A stretch of DNA of 64,000 nt from an uncultured Verrucomicrobiae bacterium (GTDB lineage: Bacteria; Verrucomicrobiota; Verrucomicrobiia; Limisphaerales; Palsa-1400), in assembly GCA_963707025.1 (NCBI GenBank), contig CAVPOM010000008.1, forward strand, positions 32,001-96,000, read 5' to 3'. This document shows positions 41,870-49,810 of the stretch, piece by piece. A program made the translations under genes and the position numbers. The notes beneath the pieces were generated by a model. That model searched no databases. It was given only the letters and a program-made list of their open reading frames with translations, and was not told the origin of the DNA. Numbering within the stretch: the stretch's first letter is position 1; each line of letters opens with the position of its first letter.

Positions 41870-41953
41870 TGGTCGGCGTGGGGAGACTTGCACTCCCAAG
41901 GCTGTTCGATCTTGAGTCGAACCGGTCTGCTATTCCCGATTAACCACACGCCG
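41870..41953 (-). tRNA. tRNA-Leu(CAA), atypical fold
   Basis: TTCGA-CTCAAGA-TCGAA; no long variable arm. Confidence 0.75.
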
Positions 41954-42036
41954 GTCGGCGACCCGGGACTTGCACCCGGAAGGCTCGGCGATTTTAAGTC
42001 GCCGGGGTCTGCTGTTCCCGCTGAAGCCAGTCGCCG
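41954..42036 (-). tRNA. tRNA-Leu(UAA), atypical fold, no full CCA
   Basis: GGCGA-CTTAAAA-TCGCC; abuts the next tRNA. Confidence 0.75.
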
Positions 42037-42041
42037 TAAAA

Positions 42042-42125
42042 TGGTGGGCATGAAGGGACTTGCACCCCCAAGGCTGCCAGATTCTGAGTCTGGACCCTCT
42101 GCTGTTCGGGTTAAACCACATGCCC
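42042..42125 (-). tRNA. tRNA-Leu(CAG), atypical fold
   Basis: CCAGA-CTCAGAA-TCTGG; CCA. Confidence 0.75.
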
Positions 42126-42132
42126 GTGAAAT

Positions 42133-42209
42133 TGGCAATCCCGGAAGGACTCTCACCCTCATCTCCGACGTTTCGAAGCGTCGCGCTCTGCTCATTGAGC
42201 TACGGGAGC
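42133..42209 (-). tRNA. tRNA-Arg(UCG), 8-nt anticodon loop as sequenced
   Basis: CGACG-CTTCGAAA-CGTCG; weak top of acceptor stem. Confidence 0.7.
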
Positions 42210-42281
42210 GTTGAAATTGGCGGTCGTGCTCCAGCGCCTGCGAATCGCTTTTTGCCCGAAAGCTTGAGACGATGCAGGCGT

Positions 42282-43110
42282 ATGAAGAAAACAGTTCTGA
42301 TCACGGGAGCGTCCTCCGGTATTGGCCAGGCGGCGGCCAAGGTATTTGCAGGCAACGACTGGAACGTCATTGCCACCATGCGCCAGCCGGCGGCGGATTC
42401 GGAATTGGCCCGCCTGCCTGGCGTATTGGTCACATGCCTGGATGTGCAGGATCGAGAGAGCATTGACGCGGCCGTTGCGGACGGTGTTGAGCGGTTCGGC
42501 CGGATCGACGCCTTGATTAACAACGCAGGATTCAGTCTGTTCGGCGTCTTCGAGGCGATTTCCCGCGAAAAGATTCAAGAACAATTCGACGTCAACGTCT
42601 TCGGTGTGATGGACGTTCACGCGGGCGCTGTTGCCGCATTTCCGGCGGAACAGGAGCGGCTTGATTATCAACATCAGTTCGCGCGCGGGGCTGGTCGGCC
42701 TGCCCATGATTTCGCTCTATTGCGCGGGCAAATATGCGCTGGAAGGGTTTTCCGAGGCGCTGGCTTACGAACTGGCGTCGCAGAACATCGTCATCAAGGT
42801 TGTCGAACCTAGCGGCGGCGTCACCGGCACCAGCTTCTCCCAGAGGATGGCCCAGGAAAAGACTGCCGGCACCCTGCCCGCCGATTACGACGATTTTATT
42901 GCCCGCACCAGCGCGATTTTCGCCACCATGCAGGCGGCCCGGAAAACCACCGCAGACGACGTGGCCCGCGTTATCTATGAGGCCGCGACGGACGGATCGA
43001 GCCGGTTTCGCTATTTCATCGGCGAGGACGTTGGAGACTTCGTCCAAGCGAAGCGCGAGAAATCCGACCAGGACTACATTCATTTCATGCGCGCGCGCTT
43101 TTCCTCTTGA
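42282..43110 (+). CDS. SDR-family oxidoreductase (frameshift near 42620)
   Basis: TGASSGIG, NNAG and YCAGK motifs in two frames. Confidence 0.85.
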
Positions 43111-43117
43111 CTGGAAA

Positions 43118-43192
43118 TGGTGGGTTGCCGCGGAATTGCACCGCGTTCTCGCCGGTTAAGAGCCGGGACTTCACTGTAAAAGTTTGCAACCC
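43118..43192 (-). tRNA. tRNA-Lys(CUU)
   Basis: CCGG-CTCTTAA-CCGG; CCA. Confidence 0.82.
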
Positions 43193-43193
43193 A

Positions 43194-43267
43194 GACGCGA
43201 CACGAAGGCGGAGTTGAACCGCCGCAGCCAGGTCTGTGATGCCCTGGCCGGCGCCGGTGTTCGCGTC
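43194..43267 (-). ncRNA. tRNA-like RNA without D-arm or CCA
   Basis: GACGCG-A-ACAC/GTGT-CGCGTC closing stem, GCCAGG/CCTGGC hairpin, GGCGG-TTCAACT-CCGCC T-arm. Confidence 0.55.
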
Positions 43268-43277
43268 GCGAAAGTAT

Positions 43278-43372
43278 CCCCAAGCACGCTGAATCTGGCG
43301 TTTGGCCAGATGGCCGTGCGCAAGCACCTTCGACCGTGCGGAGTCTCTGCCGGCAGGCCAGATTCACTTGGG
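43278..43372 (-). ncRNA. structured RNA with bulged terminal stem
   Basis: CCCAAG-TGAATCTGGC ... GCCAGATTCA-GCGTG-CTTGGG. Confidence 0.5.
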
Positions 43373-43375
43373 AAA

Positions 43376-43466
43376 TGGTCGGGCATCAGGGTAACGCGCC
43401 CTGTATTCCGGTTTGGAAGGCGTTTGCACGCGGCCATCAGCGTGTTTCTCTCAACACCTATGCCCG
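43376..43466 (-). tRNA. tRNA-Gly(UCC) with 16-nt insertion in the anticodon arm
   Basis: perfect CGGGCAT/ATGCCCG acceptor, D and T arms, CTTCCAA loop preceded by GGCCGCGTGCAAACGC. Confidence 0.7.
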
Positions 43467-43522
43467 GAGAAATGGAATTAATCGTCGTTGTTGGTTTTCT
43501 CAAAAGACGCAACAATCCAGCC

Positions 43523-44269
43523 ATGACGATTCCGGCTGAATTGGTCCAACGTCTTGCCACTGCCAAAAGCGTGACCGTGCTCACAGGCGCTGGCGTATCC
43601 GCGGAAAGCGGCGTCCCCACCTTTCGCGATGCCCAAACCGGCCTGTGGGCCAAATACAGTCCCGAAGAACTGGCCACTCCGCGCGCCTTCCGACGCAATC
43701 CCCGCCTCGTTTGGGAGTGGTATGAGTGGCGGCGGAAGCTTGTCGCCGGCGCCAAACCAAACCCAGCGCACTTCGCCTTGGTGGAAATGGAGGGCCTCTT
43801 TCTGCGGTTCCATCTCATTACGCAAAACGTGGACGGTCTTCATCAACGCGCCGGAAGCCGGCACGTCATCGAGCTGCACGGCAATATCACGCGCACGAAA
43901 TGCTCCGACGAAAGCACGATTGTTTCGAGTTGGAAAGACACGGGTGACGTCCCGCCGAAATGTTCGGCCTGTGGCGGCCTGTTGCGCCCCGATGTGGTTT
44001 GGTTCGAAGAGCCGATGCCGGAAGAGGAGATGCAAGAGGCCATGACGGCGAGCACGCATTGCGACTTCTTCTTCTCCATTGGGACATCCACCGTTGTTTA
44101 TCCGGCGGCCGCCCTGCCATCGGAGGCATTGCGCAGCGGAGCGACCGTGGTGGAGATCAATCCGCAACCCACACCATTCACGCCGCAGGCGCATTTGGCT
44201 CTGGCTGGGGCGGCCGGGGTTGTGTTGCCCGAATTGGTGAGGGCTATCAGCGCCTCGCGCCGCTTTTGA
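43523..44269 (+). CDS. cobB: NAD-dependent protein deacylase (sirtuin)
   Basis: TGAGVSAESGVPTFR, TQNVDGLH, ELHG, RPDVVWF and GTS motifs. Confidence 0.93.
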   Translation: MTIPAELVQRLATAKSVTVLTGAGVSAESGVPTFRDAQTGLWAKYSPEELATPRAFRRNPRLVWEWYEWRRKLVAGAKPNPAHFALVEMEGLFLRFHLITQNVDGLHQRAGSRHVIELHGNITRTKCSDESTIVSSWKDTGDVPPKCSACGGLLRPDVVWFEEPMPEEEMQEAMTASTHCDFFFSIGTSTVVYPAAALPSEALRSGATVVEINPQPTPFTPQAHLALAGAAGVVLPELVRAISASRRF

Positions 44270-44272
44270 AAA

Positions 44273-44347
44273 TGGAATCCCGCGTGGGGGGCGCACCCAC
44301 TTTTGCGGCTTTGCAGGCCGCCGCCTGAGCTGTTCGGCCAACGGGAC
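44273..44347 (-). tRNA. tRNA-Cys(GCA)
   Basis: GCGGC-CTGCAAA-GCCGC; U73-CCA. Confidence 0.85.
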
Positions 44348-44352
44348 GCATT

Positions 44353-45099
44353 TCAGATTTCGACGACCAATGAAGGATTAAACCCTTTGCAGCGCTCATC
44401 CGGGTAGCCCAGTTGATTTGTCAGGATACGGGTTGACCCCATCACGTAGTCCACGTTGTAATGCGTGTGTCCGTGGATCCAGAGAGGAACGCCACTCTGT
44501 TCGACCAACGAGTCCAAGTCGGAAGCAAACGCCGCTTTAAGTGGACTGTCCGCGTGATAGAGCGCTTCTGACCGGGCACTCGGTGCATGATGCGTCACAA
44601 CGATGGTGCGGGCGCGATCACATTTGGCCAGCGCGCGGCGCAGCCAGGCGACAGATTCCGCGTGCAATCTGGCGGTGTCACATGCGCGCAGCCTGCGATT
44701 TTCTGTGCTGAACTGAACGATGCCGTAGTCGCTCATGATGGCCTCAGCTACGCGCATCGATCCATCCAGATCGTCACCCAACTGAAAATCTGTCCATAAG
44801 GTGCATCCCAAGAACGTGTAGCCGTTGATTTCCACGGCGTCGTTCTCCAGCAGATGGATGTTGCTGCCATCTGTTTCTCGTTTCAGGGTTTCGGTCAGCT
44901 CGGGCAAGGAGTGGCGATAGAACTCGTGGTTTCCTAAAACGTAAATGACCGGCTTGGCGAAGAATTGATTTCTCGCCCAGATACGCCCTTCGCGGCCAAG
45001 ATGAACGTCACCCGCCAACACCACGACATCCGCGTCGGTCACGGGGATTTTGACTGCTCCGAATTCAAAGTGCAGATCGGCCAAAATGTGTAAACGCAT
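44353..45099 (-). CDS. calcineurin-like metallophosphoesterase
   Basis: DLH, AGD, GNHE, THH and HGHTH motifs. Confidence 0.92.
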   Translation of the reverse strand: MRLHILADLHFEFGAVKIPVTDADVVVLAGDVHLGREGRIWARNQFFAKPVIYVLGNHEFYRHSLPELTETLKRETDGSNIHLLENDAVEINGYTFLGCTLWTDFQLGDDLDGSMRVAEAIMSDYGIVQFSTENRRLRACDTARLHAESVAWLRRALAKCDRARTIVVTHHAPSARSEALYHADSPLKAAFASDLDSLVEQSGVPLWIHGHTHYNVDYVMGSTRILTNQLGYPDERCKGFNPSLVVEI

Positions 45100-45198
45100 A
45101 GGTAACTTTATGTTAGGTGAAAATTGGTTAGGAGTTCAAAGTGCGGGCGGAAGCTTCCGCCTCCGCCCGCGTTGTTCCTGGCGTCCTTGAACCGTTCG

Positions 45199-46906
45199 CT
45201 ATTCGCGAACAAAGTCCGCAATGACGGCTGGCACCGTCGTGTCGAAGCCGACCACGTCCAGCATGCCCGCGGTCGTTTGGGTCGGCGAGGGTGAAGCCGT
45301 TGGAGGTCATGCCCACAACGACCGCCTTCGCGTCGCCGACGAACTCGTCGCGATACTGGCGCAGGGCCTGGGCCGGATGGATGTTGCCCGCCCACGTCTC
45401 GCTGTCCGTATAGGTGATAAACGCCGACACGTTCAGCTTGTTGCGGGCGGCCCACACCATCGGCAGGGCGCAATCCGTGCCACCCATTGGGATGGCTTCG
45501 ATGCGCTTGATGACGTCGGCCAATCTCATGCGCGGCGAGAGGTTCACACGGGTGATGCCCGGTTCGCCGCCGCCGTGCATGCCACCGTAACCACCGCCCG
45601 CCGGAGCCGAGAACGCGATGATCTCGCATTCCGGTTCGGTTGCGGCCGTGATCAGTGCCATCGCCGCGCTGGCTTCGCGGGCCGAGATGCACGAACCCGC
45701 GATCATGGAACCATCCATCGAGCCGCTTACGTCAAGCGCGAGCAGCACCGGCTTGTTGCACGGTTCCACGTTCTGGAACGTCGCGTAAAACGCTTCGTCC
45801 AGCGCGTCCACCACCGCCGACACCGGCGACCACGCAAGCGAACCCTTGTCGCCGTGACCCTGGGCGTAGACCTTCTGCGCCACAAGGACCGCCAGCGGGT
45901 GGATGCGCGCACGCTTGAGCGCCATCTCGTCCTGCAGCTTGCGGACGATCAATCGCTTGGAGTCGCTGAACGGAGCCAGCAGACCGAGGCTCGTCATCTT
46001 GCCGAGGTTGCGGATCATCGCCGTCATCGGCATACGTTCCAGCAAGGCCTCCCACACAACGACTTCATTGAGCCACTGCGTTGGGATGGCTTCGCGCGGC
46101 AGGTCGAACTCGTTGATGATCTTCACGATCTCGTCCGCGCTCAATGCGCGCTTGGCCCGCTCGAAGGCTTCGATGAGCTTCGGCAGTGCGCCGACCGGGC
46201 CATACTTCGCGACACGGTCTTCACCGCGCACTCTGCGCTTCACTTCGCGTTCACCCAACGAATCCGCATGGGAAGCGGAACCTCCGCACAGCAACCAGCG
46301 GAACACCGATTCGTGCTGGGCCGACGGAGCCTTTGGGTGAGCAAGGCGAAGAAGGTCGCCGTGCGACCAACCGTCGCGTTGCTGGTACTTGACCGCCTGG
46401 TGCGCAAGATCATCGGCATCGCGGTAAACATACCAGTCGCCAACGGCGTTGCGCAGGCCACGGCCCCAGCCGCGCATGGCATTGACGTATTCGGCGAAGT
46501 GGAACAAGTGCGTGCCAATGCGGCAGACCTTGTTCAGGCTCGCAAACGCGAGCGCCTTCGCCTGGGCATCACCATGCGTGACGGCCAGCGCGAGGGCGAA
46601 GATGGCCGGATCGTTCTTGGGCGCGCGTCCGGCATCGCTGATCTCAACGATGCGGTTGACGGCACGGACTCCGTCGGCCCTGATGCAGCGGAGAATCGCC
46701 TCGTGGTTCTGCTTCACGAGATCGCGTTCCGCGATGTAATACGTGCCTCCTTCGGCGCCGAGGACGAGGAAACGGTCGAGCCGCGTCCAGTCATCCACTT
46801 CCCACGAGAAGCCGCCGCCCGAATTGCGAACCTGGTTCGCGCCCGGGATCGGCTGCGACTGCGGGGTGATGCGGCGATTAAACTGACGTGCGTAATTGAT
46901 AGCCAT
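45199..46906 (-). CDS. rsr: Ro60/TROVE-domain RNA-binding protein (Rsr); apparent 1-nt frameshift near 45268
   Basis: RLDRFLVLG.EGGTYY, GWGRGLR.AV..WY, KYQQRDGWSH.DLLRL.H and vWA DVSGSM motifs; the shifted frame gives ...GMLDVVGFD...FVRE*. Confidence 0.95.
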
Positions 46907-46966
46907 GGTGGCCTCCTTCTTGTGAGCGTGCCGCCAACTTCCGGCACGGGTTTTCTATCGGTTAAA

Positions 46967-47032
46967 CTGCGGACAAGTTGGTGAACGTGGGATGGTCATT
47001 CGTAGTGATAACCCATGTTCTTCGGCCCGCAG
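46967..47032 (-). ncRNA. Y RNA 1 (minimal, no tRNA-like domain)
   Basis: CTGCGGGCCGAAGAACATGGGTTATC...CCCACGTTC...CTTGTCCGCAG; resembles the Ro60-binding stem of Y RNAs. Confidence 0.8.
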
Positions 47033-47047
47033 TCAATGGGCTTGCGA

Positions 47048-47295
47048 TTATTCGCGGAAAAAAGTGATTCCTCAGAGCGCCGTCATATCGTCCGGAGCGG
47101 AGGCAGCATTTCTTAAAAGCTGCGTCCGGAGCCGCATGGGCAGAGGTCGTTCCGCCCCAGCTTTTCGCTGAGTTCCTTATTCCCGTGAACGAGGCGCACG
47201 CCGCGTTTGACGTTCGTTTCGGACGGGAAGCCCTTGCGGCGTTTGCTGGTGATTTCGAAACTGGCGTCTTCATGATCATGTGTGTTGTTTGCCAT
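47048..47295 (-). CDS. SEC-C motif small protein (frameshifted)
   Basis: [28 protein letters not shown] upstream. Confidence 0.75.
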
Positions 47296-47357
47296 ACGGC
47301 CTCCTCGTTTGAGTATTGCGGTTGAAACATCGTGGCCCGCGCCACGATGAGATAGCG

Positions 47358-47465
47358 GATGGGCAAGGGACGACCCGGGAATTGCTCTATCCACTGAGCT
47401 ACTCCTCGTTGCCGAGGAGACTGGATTCGAACCAATGACCGATAACCCGATGTCTTCGGCCCATC
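47358..47465 (-). ncRNA. Y RNA 2 (YrlA-like, permuted tRNA domain)
   Basis: GATGGGCCGA/CTTGCCCATC stem; T-arm TTCGAAT, closed acceptor hairpin, then D-arm. Confidence 0.9.
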
Positions 47466-47473
47466 AAATTGAA

Positions 47474-47598
47474 AGCGGGCAAGAAAGCGACCGTGGAATT
47501 GCCCAGCGTGCTGCCTTTACACCACTGCGGAACGCTCCGCGGGACGGAATTGAACCGCCGCTGCCGGGTTATCGAGAACCCACAATTTACGGCCCGCT
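47474..47598 (-). ncRNA. Y RNA 3 (YrlA-like)
   Basis: AGCGGGCCG/CTTGCCCGCT stem; T-acceptor-D order. Confidence 0.85.
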
Positions 47599-47607
47599 GA
47601 AAGGGAC

Positions 47608-47736
47608 CGACGGATAAGAAACGAACTGGGAATTTACGTGCTCTACCCCTGAGCTACCCCGGCATTGGAGCCGGAGGCGGGACTCGAACCCGCAACCTCG
47701 TCGTTATCAGCGATAACCCAATCCTGCGACCCGTCG
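47608..47736 (-). ncRNA. Y RNA 4 (YrlA-like)
   Basis: CGACGGGTCG/CTTATCCGTCG stem; GGGTTATC; T-acceptor(TCCA loop)-D order. Confidence 0.88.
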
Positions 47737-47745
47737 AAAAAGCCG

Positions 47746-47859
47746 CGACGGACAAAGAGCGATATGGGAAACAATCGGTCGCCCGATTGCGCGGGGTTCG
47801 AACCCGCTCATCCCGCAGTGCGGAACTTTTCCAGATAACCCATGATCAACGACCCGTCG
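47746..47859 (-). ncRNA. Y RNA 5 (T-arm plus hairpins, no clear D-arm)
   Basis: CGACGGGTCG/TTTGTCCGTCG stem; GGGTTATC; GCGGGTTCGAACCCCGC. Confidence 0.8.
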
Positions 47860-47866
47860 GAAAAAC

Positions 47867-48004
47867 TCGATGGACAAGTGCTGCCGCAGATAGGGATTCG
47901 CAAGCGGGAATCGAACCCGCGTCACCAAACTCACGTTCGGCGGCTCTCTCACGGTGAGCAACCACCCCTGTTGGAGCGATAACCTGCAACATTCGGCCCA
48001 TCGA
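47867..48004 (-). ncRNA. Y RNA 6 (non-permuted tRNA-like domain)
   Basis: TCGATGGGCCGA/CTTGTCCATCGA stem; GGTTATC; D-anticodon-T order. Confidence 0.82.
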
Positions 48005-48007
48005 AAT

Positions 48008-48083
48008 TGGTCAGGAAGCCGGGATTTGCACCCGGACCGTCGCGTTCACAACGCGGAATGCTGCTGTTACACCACAATCCTGA
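48008..48083 (-). tRNA. tRNA-His(GUG), atypical acceptor
   Basis: CGCG-TTGTGAA-CGCG; A73, no G-1:C73. Confidence 0.75.
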
Positions 48084-48090
48084 TTTGAAA

Positions 48091-48166
48091 TGGAGCCCCT
48101 GGTCGGACTCGCACCGACGAATACGAGTTTACGAAACTCGCCCTGTGGCTGCTGAGGCACAGGGGC
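48091..48166 (-). tRNA. tRNA-Thr(CGU)
   Basis: CGAGT-TTCGTAA-ACTCG; CCA. Confidence 0.85.
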
Positions 48167-48170
48167 ACAA

Positions 48171-48248
48171 TGGTGTCCACGGCAGGAATCGCGCCTGCGA
48201 CCTCCACCTTCGCGCGGTGGCGCTCTGATCTAACTGAGCTACGCGGAC
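48171..48248 (-). tRNA. tRNA-Arg(GCG), G32 C33
   Basis: CCACC-GCGCGAA-GGTGG; CCA. Confidence 0.75.
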
Positions 48249-48251
48249 AAT

Positions 48252-48329
48252 TGGCATCCGTGATCGGACTTTCACCGATTAGGCCCGGCTTGAAAGACCG
48301 GCTGCTCGATCTGCTTTGCATTCACGGAC
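48252..48329 (-). tRNA. tRNA-Glu(UUC)
   Basis: CCGGT-CTTTCAA-GCCGG; G73-CCA. Confidence 0.85.
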
Positions 48330-48333
48330 AGGA

Positions 48334-48409
48334 TGGCCGCTGGAGTCGGAATTGCGCCGACACTTCCTGTGCTTCAAGCAGGTGTGCAGACTGACTACAC
48401 CATCCAGCG
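48334..48409 (-). tRNA. tRNA-Phe(GAA), atypical
   Basis: CCTG(C)-TTGAAGC-(A)CAGG; C1-G72, G73. Confidence 0.7.
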
Positions 48410-48417
48410 GGCAAAGC

Positions 48418-48636
48418 GGTGCGCGGCAGCTTGGGTCAGCTACCTTGAAGGGCTGTCTAAGAAGCTTGAGCCTTGCGGGCTGCGGCTTGCATTTTGAACG
48501 AGCTGACCGATGTGGTTTGACAACTCGGCATCAACATCAGCAGGTAATTGGATTTTCGGTCCAATAAGGAACGTTTAGAGCGCTCCAGATTTTGACAGCG
48601 TGCTCCATCGGCGGCATTCCGCCACCACCGCGCACC
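48418..48636 (-). ncRNA. structured RNA downstream of the DIP1984-like gene
   Basis: GGTGCGCGG/CCGCGCACC closing stem; GGTCAGCT/AGCTGACC stem enclosing a CAA-repeat loop; several hairpins. Confidence 0.6.
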
Positions 48637-48658
48637 TGAATCAGAACCGCTGGCGGAA

Positions 48659-49105
48659 TCAAGGATTCACGCTGCGGGTGAAGTTGAACTCGTCCAGCGC
48701 ATCTTGCAGCGACTGAATTTCGGCGTTCAACTCGGTGACAAGTTTGTCCACGTCCACCTTGCCGAGCTGGGCGACATATTCGACCTCGTAGCTTGCATCG
48801 GCAAAACCGCGTCCTTCGTGGAAAACGCCGGCCTTGGTGTCCAGCGCGTTCAACGTGGTGGCCAGACCCTTGAGTTCCGCCAGCCGGAAAATCCGGTCGT
48901 AGATTTCCACGTTGGCGGCCGCGACGGCGGCCTTGACCTTGACCAATTCGTCGAGCTTAACGCGCAGGCGCGTCAAGACTTCGCGATTGTCGTAGTCGAA
49001 CTTCTGTTTAGTGGAACGGGAGTTTTGTTTGGTGAGCAGATCCTTCAACTGGGCGACTTCGCCGGCCAGTTGGTTTTTCATTTTAAGTGCTTTGGCGATT
49101 TTCAT
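48659..49105 (-). CDS. DIP1984-like coiled-coil protein
   Basis: MK.AKALK.K..L...; K.AV..AN; LQD.LD.FN pattern. Confidence 0.65.
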   Translation of the reverse strand: MKIAKALKMKNQLAGEVAQLKDLLTKQNSRSTKQKFDYDNREVLTRLRVKLDELVKVKAAVAAANVEIYDRIFRLAELKGLATTLNALDTKAGVFHEGRGFADASYEVEYVAQLGKVDVDKLVTELNAEIQSLQDALDEFNFTRSVNP

Positions 49106-49146
49106 TGGATACCTTTCATTGGTTGCGTGTGTTTGATCGAATGAGT

Positions 49147-49220
49147 TGGTCGTCCCGGCAGGTAACGCTCCTGCTTCTTCCGGTTATCGACCGGAGGCTC
49201 TGCTTTTGAGCTACGAGACG
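49147..49220 (-). tRNA. tRNA-Ile(GAU), C33
   Basis: TCCGG-TCGATAA-CCGGA; CCA. Confidence 0.85.
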
Positions 49221-49394
49221 GTGGTTAATTGAGGCTTCACGCCAAAACGATGCGCGGGGCGGAACACAAGATTGAGCTTCGTGGTCGGGCGGATTCGAAT
49301 GCCACGTTTTGGCTTGTAGCTTCGACGAAAAGGGCATTGACTTTGATGCCGCATTATGGGTTTCACGGGATTTCCTTTCGTTGAGGGTTAAAAC

Positions 49395-49481
49395 TGGCGG
49401 ATGGTGTAGGGATCGCACCCACGCAGCCCGCAGGCTCACTCGGTTTTCAGGACCGGGGCATTACTTCTCTGCCAACCATCC
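49395..49481 (-). tRNA. tRNA-Ser(UGA), C33
   Basis: CGGT-CCTGAAA-ACCG; variable arm AGCC/GGCT; G73. Confidence 0.85.
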
Positions 49482-49489
49482 GTACAAAT

Positions 49490-49563
49490 TGGCTGCCAGA
49501 CTTGGACTCGCACCAAGACAAGCGGCTTAACAGGCCACCGTGCTACTTTGACACCACCTGGCA
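49490..49563 (-). tRNA. tRNA-Asn(GUU)
   Basis: GTGGC-CTGTTAA-GCCGC; G73-CCA. Confidence 0.88.
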
Positions 49564-49564
49564 A

Positions 49565-49640
49565 TGGCGCTGCCGGCAGGATTCTCACCTGCATCTATCC
49601 GCTTAGAAGACGGATGCCTGATTTGTTCGGCCACGGCAGC
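49565..49640 (-). tRNA. tRNA-Arg(UCU)
   Basis: TCCGT-CTTCTAA-GCGGA; CCA. Confidence 0.88.
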
Positions 49641-49647
49641 GTTGAAA

Positions 49648-49723
49648 TGGTCGGAATGGCAGGATTTTCACCTGCGGCCTCCCGGTCCCAAGCCGGGTGC
49701 TCTAAAGACTGAGCTACATTCCG
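49648..49723 (-). tRNA. tRNA-Pro(UGG)
   Basis: CCCGG-CTTGGGA-CCGGG; C1-G72, A73. Confidence 0.9.
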
Positions 49724-49730
49724 TGAAAAA

Positions 49731-49806
49731 TGGCGGACCCGAAGGGAGTTGCACCCTCAACCCTCCCGCAGACAACGGGGCGCTCTGCTGATTGAGCTAC
49801 GGATCC
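49731..49806 (-). tRNA. tRNA-Asp(GUC)
   Basis: CCCG-TTGTCTG-CGGG; G73-CCA. Confidence 0.85.
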
Positions 49807-49810
49807 GAAA

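Noticed and set aside
42133..42209. Quadruplet (frameshift-suppressor) tRNA from the 8-nt loop
   Set aside because: The extra base is in an A run and the window has many apparent indel errors; cannot be supported without reads.
45221..46984. Long antisense ORFs (also 4481-5893 and 28732-29910)
   Set aside because: Shadow frames of high-GC3 genes on the opposite strand.
47358..47736. Ordinary tRNA genes
   Set aside because: T-arm precedes D-arm and the acceptor stem is closed by a loop, which is YrlA topology.
46967..48004. CRISPR array or simple repeat
   Set aside because: Units are self-complementary structured RNAs with degenerate ends and variable length; there are no identical direct repeats and no cas genes.
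49395..49481. Selenocysteine or suppressor tRNA
   Set aside because: The anticodon is UGA (reads UCA, Ser) with serine identity elements; it is not a UCA anticodon.
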